Below are positions 50,806 to 63,284 of a DNA stretch of 64,000 nt, piece after piece. The DNA is taken from positions 102,982,001-103,046,000 of the forward strand of contig NC_043004.1 in NCBI RefSeq assembly GCF_006345805.1, given 5' to 3'. The position numbers and the translations under genes are program-made. The stretch's first letter is position 1; every line of letters begins with the position of its first letter. Under the pieces are notes generated by a model. That model searched no databases. It saw only the letters and a program-made list of their open reading frames with translations, and had not been told where the DNA came from. This stretch comes from Octopus sinensis. Lineage: Eukaryota.

Positions 50806-52396
50806 TCTTACGGATATACTATTCATATATGTGGTATGTACAGTAAGTCTGTTTGCGTGTGTATAAATACAATCATTCCTACATATGCGCGTGTTCATGT
50901 GAGGTGTGTACGTTGGTGCCGTTCATGTGAGGTGTGTACGTTGGTGCCGTTATCAATGGTCTACGCTTCTCAATTTCTGTCCTTCTGAATCAGCCGTGCG
51001 TGAAATTCCAATTGCTTAGGCTGCTTTGTTACACACCAAAGTAGATCTACTAAAACAATACATTGTCTTTAACAAGCCTGGCCTACTATGTCGATATTTA
51101 AAACCCTGTTTATTTTTCTTCATTACTTCTAATTTTTTGTTTGTTTATTAATTTAATTTAACTTATTCTCTGTTTTTTTTTTATATGGTTTATTCATTTA
51201 CAGACCATGGCATGGTTAACCAAATCTTTAGAAAGCAAATCATTATCATAAACAAATTCTTTCTCATTTTCTCTTTTATTTTTGATTTCATTGTATTTAC
51301 CTTACTCTGTTTTAGTGTATTTGTTTTTTGAATTCGCATTTATCTAATATTGCTCCGTTAATGCACTCTACATACGGTAATTATAGCATTTGCAAAGAGT
51401 GAAATAAGCTGCCTATATCTATTCGCTATGACTATATGATGAAGCTATACGCTATTTATTGTAGCGTCTGGAGTTTTAACCTACCATGAAATGTTCTGAA
51501 GTGTAGCTTGTTCGTTATGTCACAAAATAAATTATTATATATGTGTGTAACAAATGACGTTGCGTCACTAATGTAACTAAGATAGATTATGAATTAGCTG
51601 CTAACAAATTGGATAACAAATACATTCTCGCATTTCATTATTTGTATCTGGTCAATTTTTATACATACTCTCTACCATTGTGATTCCTGGATTTTCAGAA
51701 CGACTGTGAGATTACATCCTATTCTCTCACGCACCAGGCGAGGGACCTTACTGAATTCTGTTTGACTCTTTGAACCATCTACTCTGTGTGTGTGTGCGTG
51801 TATATATATATTATATTCTTACGGATATACTACTCATATATGTGGTATGTACAGTATATTCGTGTGTGTGTATAAATATAAACATTTCCACATACGCATA
51901 TACACATATGCTCAATCTCAGGTATTTAGGTGAACAGCGCCCATTTAACATGCCTGTCGGGAGTTGGAATGTTGAAAGAAATTCTCTTAATTTTATGTCA
52001 CGTGTGTTTCCCCCCTCTCTCTCTGTCTTTCTGTCTCTGTGCGCACGGGTGTGTGTGTGTGTGTATGTGCATGTGTGTTGACACTAATGTGTGTTAGAAG
52101 AGCTATGTCAACATAGACATGAATGAATGTACCAGAACAAAAACCGTTTGTAAATAAGACATTCTTTCTTCTGTATATAACGACTGGAAAAACAATACAG
52201 AGGCAATACCGGTTCTGATATGGTGGATCTGTTTTAATGCGTAAATAGACTACATTTATGTGTAATATGTTCTGTTTCCAGGTGGGTGTATACATACAAA
52301 CATACATATACATATTTTACATATCTATCTATCTATCTATCTATACACACACACACACACACACATATAATATATATATAATATATATATATATAT

Positions 52397-52818
52397 CTGG
52401 GGCTAAAAACTACAGTAGCATCCACCCTTAGGGGTTAGCCATATTGAAATGGCAAAAATACGTCACGATGTGTTACCGCTACTGTATATAACTCACTTTG
52501 ATATTTATCATGTTTGATTTCACTTTTCAATATCATCGCGACAGTGGACGCTGGAAAAAGTATAAGTATTTGTGAAGGAAATAATTCTCGGCGACAACTA
52601 TGATTTTCACACCTGACGAGAGGTCAATACCTCGAAACTCGAGTCCGTTGTAATCATAAGTTGAAGACGGGAATGATGACTTCCCTTTGCAATAACTGAC
52701 GGACACAGATAGTTGTGTCTATGTCCAGCTGGAGGAGGTGTCCTCCTGGGGCTAAAAACTACAGTAGCATCCACCCTTAGGGGTTAGCCATATTGAAATG
52801 GCAAAAATACGTCACGAT
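52397..52818 (+). mobile_element. Terminally redundant 349-bp-period element with hammerhead (retrozyme/PLE-derived)
   Basis: Perfect 73-bp direct repeats at 52397-52469 and 52746-52818; (TA)n on both flanks; hammerhead core inside. Confidence 0.75.
52595..52663 (+). ncRNA. Minimal type-I hammerhead motif
   Basis: CTGACGA 52613-52619; GAGGT-CAAT-ACCTC stem II; GAAA; ACTCGAGT palindrome; GUC site at 52645; proximal stem I imperfect. Confidence 0.7.
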
Positions 52819-53485
52819 ATATATATATATATATATATATAAAGAAGATTTGAAAATGCAATTTTAAGGATGTTTATTTACTTGGCCGGTTTCACTTTTT
52901 TAGAAACAGATAGTCAAAAGTAAAATGTAAAGCTTTGTATAAGCTTTGTTGTGTTAATTACTGGTTGTCACAAAAGTATTAAAATACATATATACATTCA
53001 TTGTTAATAATAAGAAAATGTTAAAAACAGTTTACAAGAAAGTATTTAAGAATATTTTCTCAAATACTTTCTTGTAAACTGAAACAAATAAAAATTAGAA
53101 GATTTTGTCCTCACTGATCCTTAGCTCACCAATGCAGCTCACGGACATTGTTCATACTATTTGTAAAATTAACTCACTGTCTTAATTCAGGTATAAGTGT
53201 GCGAAATTCGTTGGTATTTCCTTATATTTATGATGAGTTTCTGTCCTCAACTGTAGGCCATTTTAGTTCGCTTACGCTTCTATAGTTACCTTTTCCCTTG
53301 AACAAATATGAACTTCACATATTCTCTTTCCACGCGGCAACAACAGATAGGTCATTTATCTGAGTCAGGTCCTCAATTTATTTTTGGTGTAAAGGCGAAT
53401 CCCTGCAAAACGAAACATGTGCGATTGAAAATTCTAGGTCATGTTGGGGTGTCAACCTTTGATAGAAACTTCCTCAGTTGAAGGT

Positions 53486-53897
53486 GGCGAGCTGGCAGAA
53501 ACGTTAGCACGCCGGGAGAAATGCGTAGCCGTATTTCGTCTGCCGTTACGTTCTGAGTTCAAATTTCGCCGAGGTCGACTTTGCCTTTCATCCTTTCGGC
53601 GTCGATTAAATAAGTACCAGTTACGCACTGGGGTCGATATAATCGACTTAACCCGTTTGTCTGTCCTTGTTTGTCCTCTCTGTGCTTAGCCCCTTGTGGG
53701 TAGTAAAGAAATAGGTATTTCGTCTGCCGCTACGTTATGAGTTCAAATTCCGCCGAGGTCGACTTTGCCTTTCGTTCTTTCGGAGTCGATTAAATAAGTA
53801 CCAGTTACGCACTGGGGTCGATGTAATCGACTTAATCCGTTTGTCTGTCCTCGTTTGTCCTCTCTGTATTTAGCCCCTTTTGGGCAATAAAGAAATA
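53486..53897 (+). mobile_element. Family B SINE (53486-53713) followed by a headless tandem copy (53714-53897)
   Basis: The second unit restarts at GTATTTCGTCTGCCG. Confidence 0.85.
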
Positions 53898-53952
53898 AGA
53901 AACTTTCTCAATCACATTGATAAGATATACAGAAGTTATCTCTTCCCACATC

Positions 53953-55570
53953 TTTTCTTGTCTAAGCGTATTTATACGAAATGCCTGAATGTTACACGCT
54001 CACCGCTCCTCTTTTCACAGAATTATGCTTTTGTGATACGTAAAAAAAATAAAGTTTTGTGTATGTCTTTCCATTTTCATACTTTTACAAGGCAATATAT
54101 CCGATATCTAATCCACGATTAGATATCGGATAATCCATCAAACGGTTCTTCTTTTGTCATTAGCTCTCTAATATCCATTGAAAATACTAAATTCTCAGTG
54201 ACCCATCCCATCTAGAGATACAAGTATGTAGCGCTTAAGTAAAAGAGGTAAGTCAACCGAGTGGATATGGTACTGCGATATCTGTTTAAAGCAATCTGTT
54301 TAAGGCGTCTACTGGAGTTGTGCTTTGTTTTGACGACAAAACCTTTTATTTCATATTGCTTTGGTTTTCCTGAAAATATTGAACGTGATAGAACGGTACT
54401 CAAACCAAAGGAGGATTCGTCTCCTATTCATTTGATGTCATAAAATCATAGCTAATTATCAGCCCCTAAAACCTCTGGAGAGAGTGGAATGGAAGCACTC
54501 CATCGGTTCCGACGACGAGGGTTCCGGTTGATCCGATCAACGGAACAGCCTGCTATTGAAATTAACGTGTAAGTGGCTGAGCACTACACAGACACGTGTA
54601 CCCTTAACGTAGTTCTCGGGGATATTCAGCGTGACACAGAGAGTGACAAGGCCGACCCCTTGAAATACAGGTACAACAGAAACAGGAAGTAAGAGTGAGA
54701 GAAAGTTGTGGTGAAAGAGTACAGCAGGGAGCCTCGTGGAGCTTTAGGTGTTTTCGCTCAATAAACACTCACAACGCCCGGTCTGGGAATCGAAACCGCG
54801 ATCCTACGACCGCGAGTCCGCTGCCCTAACCACTGGGCCATTGCGCCTCCGGAGAGAGTGGAATATTTCACGGCAGAATAAACACTCGATGACACATATT
54901 GCTTGCATTACTGAATTCAGATCCAACCAGAAATATAGACAGAAGAATTTATGGGTCCCCTTGATTTTATCAATGTACGTTAGTATCACAGGACTGCTAT
55001 CAACCCTCAGCTATATAATAGATTGCTCACTTTTTATTCAAACCTAATACACCATTCTTTGATACACATTGTATTACATTTCAAGATATCTGAAACTACA
55101 TATTACAATCGCAGTTCACGAGCAATGGGAAGAAATGGCCTCTAACGACACAGGTACGTTTTTGTTGGAGAAGAATTTTTTTTTTTGTCTGAAACGTCGC
55201 AATACTCCAGTAGACGCCTTAAACAGATTGCTTTAAACAGATATCGCAGTACCATATCCACTCGGTTGACTTACCTCTTTTACTTAAGCGCTACTTACTT
55301 GTATCTCTAGATGGGATGGGTCACTGAGAATTTAGTATTTTCAATGGATATTAGAGAGCTAATGACAAAAGGAGAAACATTCGATGGATTATCTGATATC
55401 TAATCGTGGATTAGATATCGGATATATTGCCTTGTAAAAGTATGAAAATGGAAAGACATACACAAAACTTTATTTTCTTTACGTATCCACAAAAGCATAA
55501 TTCTGTGAAAAGAGGAGCGGTGAGCGTGTAACATTCATGCATTTCGTATAAATACGCTTAGACAAGAAAA
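53953..55570. repeat. Long inverted repeat with about 366-bp arms (53953-54318 / 55204-55570)
   Basis: Arms are reverse complements with only scattered differences. Confidence 0.9.
54491..54850 (-). mobile_element. SINE family C with 14-bp TSD GGAGAGAGTGGAAT and an internal deletion
   Basis: TSD at 54477-54490 and 54851-54864. Confidence 0.92.
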
Positions 55571-57038
55571 ATCTTAGATTCTGTGAATTACGTTGAACTT
55601 AGTTTCGTTTATGTACACCTTTGGTTTTCTAAGAATCTAGAATTTAATATTTAAAATTAAGCAACTGATGAGAAATACAGACTTGTGAATTTTTTCACTG
55701 GGTTTGAACGAAGATTTCGTATTCTAATGAAAACAAATAACAAAAAAAAAAGGGATATTTGAAGATAATTAAAGTAAATCTACTTCATGGACTGTCATCT
55801 TTTATTGTATGAGACGTGTTAGAAATAAAATATCCATTTCTAACTTGGTACCAAGGATCAAATGTGTGAGAAGGGTATATCAATTAAAATGACCTCCAAG
55901 GCACAACTGATACTTATTTCACCGACTTCTAAAGGAAGAGAAGTGGAGTCGTCTACTGAAGGATTTTAACTCAGGGCGTGGGCGTATACAACTAAATAAC
56001 ACAAGATAATTTTGCTACCGTCCTTAAGAACAAAAATATGAATTCTTGTATGAATGATGTAAAACGTGAACTTATTTCAAGTATGCACAAAATAAATACA
56101 TAAATGCATGGAATTTTATTAATTTATAGGTTTCTTTGACATTCTTTTTAAATGCCGACTAACGTGAAACAGTTTATCCCGCTTTCTGCAATATCTTACC
56201 ACCGTTCTCTTCCTCGCTTTCAAACACGCAGAGTATTCCTGTAGGATGTCTCTGCCAGGACATACCATCTCTGTTTGATACATCTTATCGTCTACCATAA
56301 GCAGTTCATTGTTTTATTAACACATTAACAACAACGATAAGAGCAATAAGAAAGGTATAAACCAGACGTCAAGAAACATATAAGTCATTCAGTATACAAC
56401 AAGGCTTTTTTATTTTAATTCAAGTGTTTGAGTTGTTTTTATACAAGATCAACTTGAGACTACCCCTGTTGCAGATGCTGTTAATCTCTTAACAACGAAA
56501 CCTGTTTAGGTCCTGCACGCATGCACACGCAAATGCAAAGACAGAAAGCACAAGCACGCACACACACACACACACACACACATGCATTCGCTCTGTTGCA
56601 CATTAAGATGTGTATGTAAATGATAAATCGTTTTAACGATGAAACTCGAAGTTGATAAGGCTATAAATAATATCACGTACAGTATTGGGATAAAAAAAAA
56701 AAACTTGGATCGAAAGCATTGAAAGCTGTCCGTATGAGTTGAACCCACATCTGTTGTCATGACAGACATGCTACGGTTAGATATGGTAATAAACAGGATA
56801 CGAGGTATCTGCGGTAGAAAAGTGAAGTTTGCGTGCGCATGCCTTTCTCTCTGTCTTTCTGTTTCATTTCATGGTTGCATACAAATATCTTTACGTTAAC
56901 AAGGCATTCTCCTCTCCCTGCCTCTTTCGTGCAAATGCTAAAACTCCAATGACCTGCACACACGTACACGTGGTCAGAGGTCATTCATCGTGTACCTTTC
57001 ACAAACTGAAGTTCAGTGAGATATAGTCAAACAGACTC

Positions 57039-57081
<43 letters not shown>

Positions 57082-57198
57082 GGCACATGACACACAAATA
57101 AAGGACATACGCATGCATAATGAAATTTTGAGTTTCGGTAACAAACATACACATACATAAAGCACTTACATATATATACACACGGCTATACATATACC

Positions 57199-57428
57199 TA
57201 TTTCTTTACTACCCACAAGGGGCTAAACACAGAGGGGACAAACAAGGACAGATATAGGTATTAAGTCGATTACATCGACCCCAGTGCGTAACTGGTACTT
57301 AATTTATCGACCCCGAAAGGATGAAAGGCAAAGTCGACCTCGGCGGAATTTGAACTCACAACGTAACGCAGACGAAATACCGCTAAGCATTTCGCCCGGC
57401 GTGCTAACGTTTCTGCCAGCTCGCCGCC
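57199..57428 (-). mobile_element. SINE family B
   Basis: Full-length. Confidence 0.9.
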
Positions 57429-57952
57429 TTACGGCTATACATATACCGTCATATACACACGTGTACACGTACACACACATACAAACAGGTATATATATAT
57501 AGATGCCATCACTTAGGTATACACACATAAAAAGCCATCAGAGTACCAGTTGACACAGTAGCGTTACCTTTTTCCTGTGAAATTCAAGCTAAACCTTATG
57601 CAATTGAGTAAGAAGAACATTTGCATAACCGTCTGACTTTATTAAGGAAATCTGAGTACTTTGAAGACAAATGCAGACATTTTGTCTATCCTTACCAAAG
57701 TAACAGAAGGGAAAAGTTCCAAGCTATAAATTAATGCCTTCAATGAAACCGATAGTCTGAGTGAAGTGGACGGAAAAAGGAAAGCAATAATAATGTTTGT
57801 TAACTTTATTTATCACCAAGGTTCATTCATATATATATATAAATGCGTTACAAAGTGGCCTTCTACGATGTAAAAATACAGTTACATAAAAAAAAGCAAC
57901 AGGAAGGGGACAAGGACGTAATACAACACACATGTATGTATGTATGCATGTA

Positions 57953-57999
<47 letters not shown>

Positions 58000-58782
58000 T
58001 GTGTGTGAATCACAAAGGAGGAAAGGGATTTAAAATCCAGGCGAATACTTTATAAGCACTCCGTAGGGATCAAACTTGGCTAACTTAATTGTCCAGTGAA
58101 AGCCTTTGTAATCCATGTCGGCCGTAAAATTACTTTCCATTGTCTGTCTAATTTGTAAATTTGAAGTTTAAACACCGAATAATTTTAGTACAAGGTCACA
58201 GAGTAGAGAGAAAAAATACAAAGAATGGAGAATTTATACATTCTTTAATTAGTTTACATGCGTTTCGGACAGGATGGAATTTCAAAAATTCTATACTTGT
58301 TTGACTAAGATTCGACAGAGACGGCGAAATTGAACTCCATCCTATGCCAGACTGCTTAGCATAGAGAATATTTTAAAGGAAATAGATAGGAGTAAAACAA
58401 TCTTTTGACCAGGATAAGGAGTAAGGGAGGTATTTCAGCAGATTTACTTAAGAACCGTATTAACCAGAAACTAAGAAATTCAACATGATACTCAGTTTCC
58501 TAAATCCCACGCGTCAAGTTGAAGAATTTTTGCCATAAACATCAACATGTTTATGGCAAAAATTCCTACGCCATTGCTGACCAATTCAAATAAACTGAAA
58601 AAGTTGTAATGCCAAACCATTCAGTAGATAAATATTTTGCCACGATGGAAATGTCATTTGATGTAAATGTAAACTATGAGTGGAACACAGGAAGGGTTAA
58701 AGAGAATACCAATGAAAATAAGCGATATATCATTTGCTATTATAAAAATTCCTTAAAAGAATTACTATTGAAAATTTTAATA

Positions 58783-59180
58783 TCTTTATATATAAAAGTG
58801 AAGTTGTGTGTCTGTCTCCTACGATTTAGATTCCTAACTACTCCCACATTTTGCGGTGCAGTGTAACCAAAAGCGGGTATCTTATAGTCGTGATTCATAT
58901 CAAGCCCTTCTGGGTATTAGCGCGCGTCTACGATGAGTCTACGATTTAAAAAAAAAATTACCATCATTTTTTTCCATTTTAATGCATTTTTTCGCTATTA
59001 TATAAGGGAAGTAACTCTCTAAAAATGTCTACGATGAGTCAACGATTTTAAAGAAAATTTACCATCATTCTTTTTCCATTTTTAATGCATTTTTTTGCTA
59101 TTTTTTGGCTATAACTCTCTATAAATGCTTATATAGTTATTTCCCTTACAAACCCGAGCAACGCCGGGCGATACTGCTAG
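58783..59180 (+). mobile_element. Non-autonomous Helitron-like element with an internal about 105-bp duplication
   Basis: A|TCTTTATATATAAAAG start; CCCG-AGCAACGC-CGGG hairpin at 59153-59168; CTAG|T end. Confidence 0.8.
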
Positions 59181-59280
59181 TTAGTAATAAGATGGAAAAA
59201 AAATTAAGATAAAAATAAATCAAAGATAAATTTAAAAAAAAAAAATTTTTTTTAATAATTAAACGATGATAAAAATATAC

Positions 59281-59491
59281 TCTTTTACTCTTTTACTTGT
59301 TTCAGTCAGTTGACTGTGGCCATGCTGGAGCACCGCCTTTAGTCGAGCAAATCGACCCCAGGACTTATTCTTTATAAGCCTAGTACTTATTCTATCAGGG
59401 TCTTTTGCCATACCGCTAAGTTACGGGGACGAAAACACACCACCAACAGTTGTCAAGCGATGTTGGGGGAACAAACACAAACACACACACA

Positions 59492-59546
<55 letters not shown>

Positions 59547-59645
59547 TATATACGACGGGATTCTTTCAGTTTCCGTCTACCAAATCCACTCACAAGGCTT
59601 TGGTCGGCATGAGGCTATATAGTAGAAGACACTTGCCCAAGGTGC
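59281..59645 (-). mobile_element. SINE family A lacking the head
   Basis: Tail and body present. Confidence 0.85.
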
Positions 59646-59915
59646 TACGCACTTGTTCTTTCCGTTATTAGTACTACTGTTAATTATTATCATCGTTACT
59701 GTCACTCACACCATTGCCAGCGTAATTACTATTAAAATATCATTATTATTATCCATATTATAATCCCTTGCTTGCTTGCCTGTTATAAATGGTCTTCTTA
59801 ATAAAAGTTCGCCTTCTACTTTCACATAGCTCCTCTCGCTCTACATTTCACTGTTTCTATCAGAGTTTTTATCTTGCCGCTGACTTTATCTATACTACCT
59901 ATTCTATTAATAAGC

Positions 59916-60294
59916 CTTTTACTCTTTACTCTTTTACTTGTTTCAGTCATTTGACTGCGGCCATGCTGGAGCACCGCCTTTAATCGAGCAACTCGACCCC
60001 GGGACTTATTCTTTGTAAGCCCAGTACTTATTCTATCGGTCTCTGTAAACACACCAGCATCGGTTGTCAAGCAATGTTAGAGAGACAAATACAGACACAC
60101 AAACATATACACACACATACATACATATATACGACAGGCTTCTTTCAGTTTCCGTCTACCAAATCCACTCACAAGGCATTGGTCGGCCCGAGGCTATAGC
60201 AGAAGACACTTGCCCAAGATGCCATGCAGTGGGACTGAACCTGGAACCATGTGGTTGGTAGGCAAGCTACTTACCACACAGCCACTCCTGCGCC
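59916..60294 (-). mobile_element. SINE family A with a small deletion
   Basis: Head to tail present. Confidence 0.88.
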
Positions 60295-62099
60295 TTACTA
60301 TTTCGCTTTAGTATTTTAATTGTTATTGTTATGGTGATCGCTTTCATTGTTATGGTGACCGCTATCGTTATTTGTCTGTTCCATTATTCCAGTATCTTTA
60401 AGTATATACTTAGTATCACCGTTAGGAATATAATAAATCTTATCCTTACAACTAGTTTCTGCTAAAGCTAAACTGTAGTATTCCTTGTGTTTTCGGATAA
60501 TTGGATTTCTAACTCGGCATTTCTTTTGACTTTTTACGTTCTGAGTTCAAAATCACTGAATGTCAACTTTGTCTTTCGTCATTTCGGGCTCGATAAAATA
60601 AGTACCAAATAATTACCGCGGTTGATGTAATCAACTTCCATTCCCACTAAAATTTCTAGCCGTCTCCCCAAATTAGGAAGAATTAGATAAGCCACCCATA
60701 ATTGGATACAACTCACCCAACAAAAACTCACTACTTGAATGGACCATAAGCAAAACTTGACTTAAACAGGATTCAAATAATCCTATCAGGTGGTGCTATT
60801 AAGTTAGACATGGCCTGGACCAATCATTGGTCGAAACATATCTAAGTTTATTTAAGTTTTAAGTTTTTATTTACACTAATTTTTTTAAGGAGACATTTCT
60901 CCACCCGAAAGCCATTGTGAGTTAGATATAAACAAAATATTAAAAATTATGGTTTGTATAATTGTGGATGTGAATGGAATTGTGAGAATGGATTATATAT
61001 TTATGAAACTGCAAAATGAATTACCGGGAAAATTCTCCCCGATTTCCTGATGCAGAAGAAAATATAGATTTCTTCAGACTATATAATAATTGTACATATT
61101 CAAACCACAGGACCTGATTTGAGAATACATATTAATACAGAGTAGATTTCAGACATAATTATAGAAGCAGATAAAGCCATTTGAATTTACAGCAGTGAAA
61201 AAGAAATAGATAACGATAATGGTAAGTCTATATAAATGTGAGTATGAGACTGAACATAGCTATTATTTTCGTGTTTTTTTTTTTTACGTAAATTGGATAA
61301 TATCGATAACGTGCATAAAATGTGTTCATGTTAATAACATAACTTCTGTTGTAGAGTCAAATAAGTGCAAACAGATAAATGGGTTTCAGTTAAAAGAAAA
61401 ACCAAATAAATATACGTGCACTAAACTGGTAGAAAATACTCTGTCGAGGTAACGTTCTGGTAGAATTTTACAAGCTTAAGAGAACGAAATTATACAGCTG
61501 TCGGTTTAATAAAATGTCAGTGTGCTGTTTGCAAACAGTTTGGTTTCCCTTTTAAATAGCTGAAACATCGGCTTAAAAATACCCCCAATTTTTTGATTGG
61601 TAAAAATCAAACGCTTGTCATTGATGAATCTAAAATGGCAATGTCTTTTTGTTAAACTAAGCAAAACGGCTCACAGACTAGTAATCTATAAGCTAAAATT
61701 TCGGATTAAGGACGAAGAAAAGTTTGATCTTTTTCTTTGTCGACATCAGGGCTCTGTCCGACATGTCGGAGACTCCTCTCCATATAGGATACGCACTTGA
61801 TGATTTAAACCATTACCAATAAATGCAACTTTTGCCGACGTAGACTACGACTTCGCCCCCTCTATTGGATTTTGTGTTATATCTATACTGTAGAAAGACC
61901 ACCCTACCGGCGGTTTTCTACAAGCTGCTTAATAATATTCACTCATTTTATTCCCAACGTGTGTAATTTCTCTTTGACATGTTAAGTCTAATTTTTTCTC
62001 TGTATCCTTTATTCATCTAATAGCATCTACTTAGAGTCTCTCCAAAAAAGTCATAACTCTCCCTCCAACACCAACCCTCTATAGGAAATAACAGTACTT

Positions 62100-62400
62100 C
62101 TAGTGAACGGACTGCTCGACTGTTAGACGGCTGTGAGAGCTTGATGGCATTCCAGATACCAAGTGTTCAATCTTGGTCTCTGCCTGAGGCAGGACTACAT
62201 CTTTATCAAAGAGGACGAGCTGTGGAAATATCAGTCTGACAAATGACAAGCACACTTATTCACTGTCAAGCAATTGCTGGAAAAGTTACAACCGCAGCGA
62301 ACGTCTGTGCATCATTAGTTACGGCATGTGTTGGCCGTACATGGACCGTCTGATCATTGAAACACGTCCCTTCAACGGAAGGAGGAAGACCAAACGCATC
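62100..62400 (+). mobile_element. Possible degenerate Penelope-like 3' end
   Basis: IKEDE-VEIS-DK* resembles the PLE C-terminal INRDEGxEISxxW; followed by the hammerhead-like relic CTGATCA..GAAACACGTC. Confidence 0.3.
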
Positions 62401-62580
62401 GAAATATGTGTATACACACATTACCTATTTTTCTATCCTGGATCGCGTTGTAAATTTCTTTTATATATATGGTATATACAGGTGCTTACAATTATCAAGT
62501 ATTCACCCTGAATTTATACATACATATATATATATAGTATATATATAATATATTATAATATATATATATATTTTGATATG

Positions 62581-62616
<36 letters not shown>

Positions 62617-62685
62617 TATATATATGTATATTATATATATAATTATAGTATATATAATATATATATATGTATATATATATGTATA

Positions 62686-62724
<39 letters not shown>

Positions 62725-62725
<1 letters not shown>

Positions 62726-63151
62726 GCGCAGGAGTGGCTGTGTGGTAAGTAGCTTGTTTACCAACCACATGGTTCCAGGTTCAGTCCCACTGCGTGGCAC
62801 CTTGGGCAAGTGGTCTTCTACTATAGCCTCGGGCTGACCAAAGCCTTGTGAGTGGATTTGGTAGACGGAAACTGAAGAAGCCTGTCGTATATATGTATAT
62901 AATATATGGTGTATGTGTGTGTGTGTTTGTGTGTGTCTGTGTGTGTGTTTGTCCCCCTAGCATTGCTTGACAACCGATGCTGGTGTGTTTATGTCCCCGT
63001 CACTTAGCGGTTCGGCAAAAGAGACCGATAGAATAAGTACTGGTCTTACAAAGAATAAGTCCCGGGGTCGATTTGCTCGATTAAAGGCGTTGCTCCAGCA
63101 TGGCCGCAGTCAAATGACTGAAACAAGTAAAAGAGTAAAAGAGTAAAAGAG
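62725..63151 (+). mobile_element. SINE family A, full-length, inside (TA)n
   Basis: Head to (GTAAAAGA)3 tail. Confidence 0.92.
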
Positions 63152-63284
63152 TATATATATATGTAGGCGTTTTCAAATCAAGGCTGGACCTCTTCCTGTC
63201 GAGAGTCCCTGATGAACCTACCTCACGGCAAGAGGTGCAAATGAGAGTAGCTACATCAAACTCCATTCTTCACCAAGTGCCATA

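Noticed and set aside
56190-56300. Possible minus-strand exon ending GTG|GTAAGA
   Set aside because: Weak acceptor and no recognisable peptide
61596-61745. IGKNQTLVIDESK, reminiscent of Merlin/ISXO2 transposase
   Set aside because: Single short motif; the downstream sequence does not follow the family pattern
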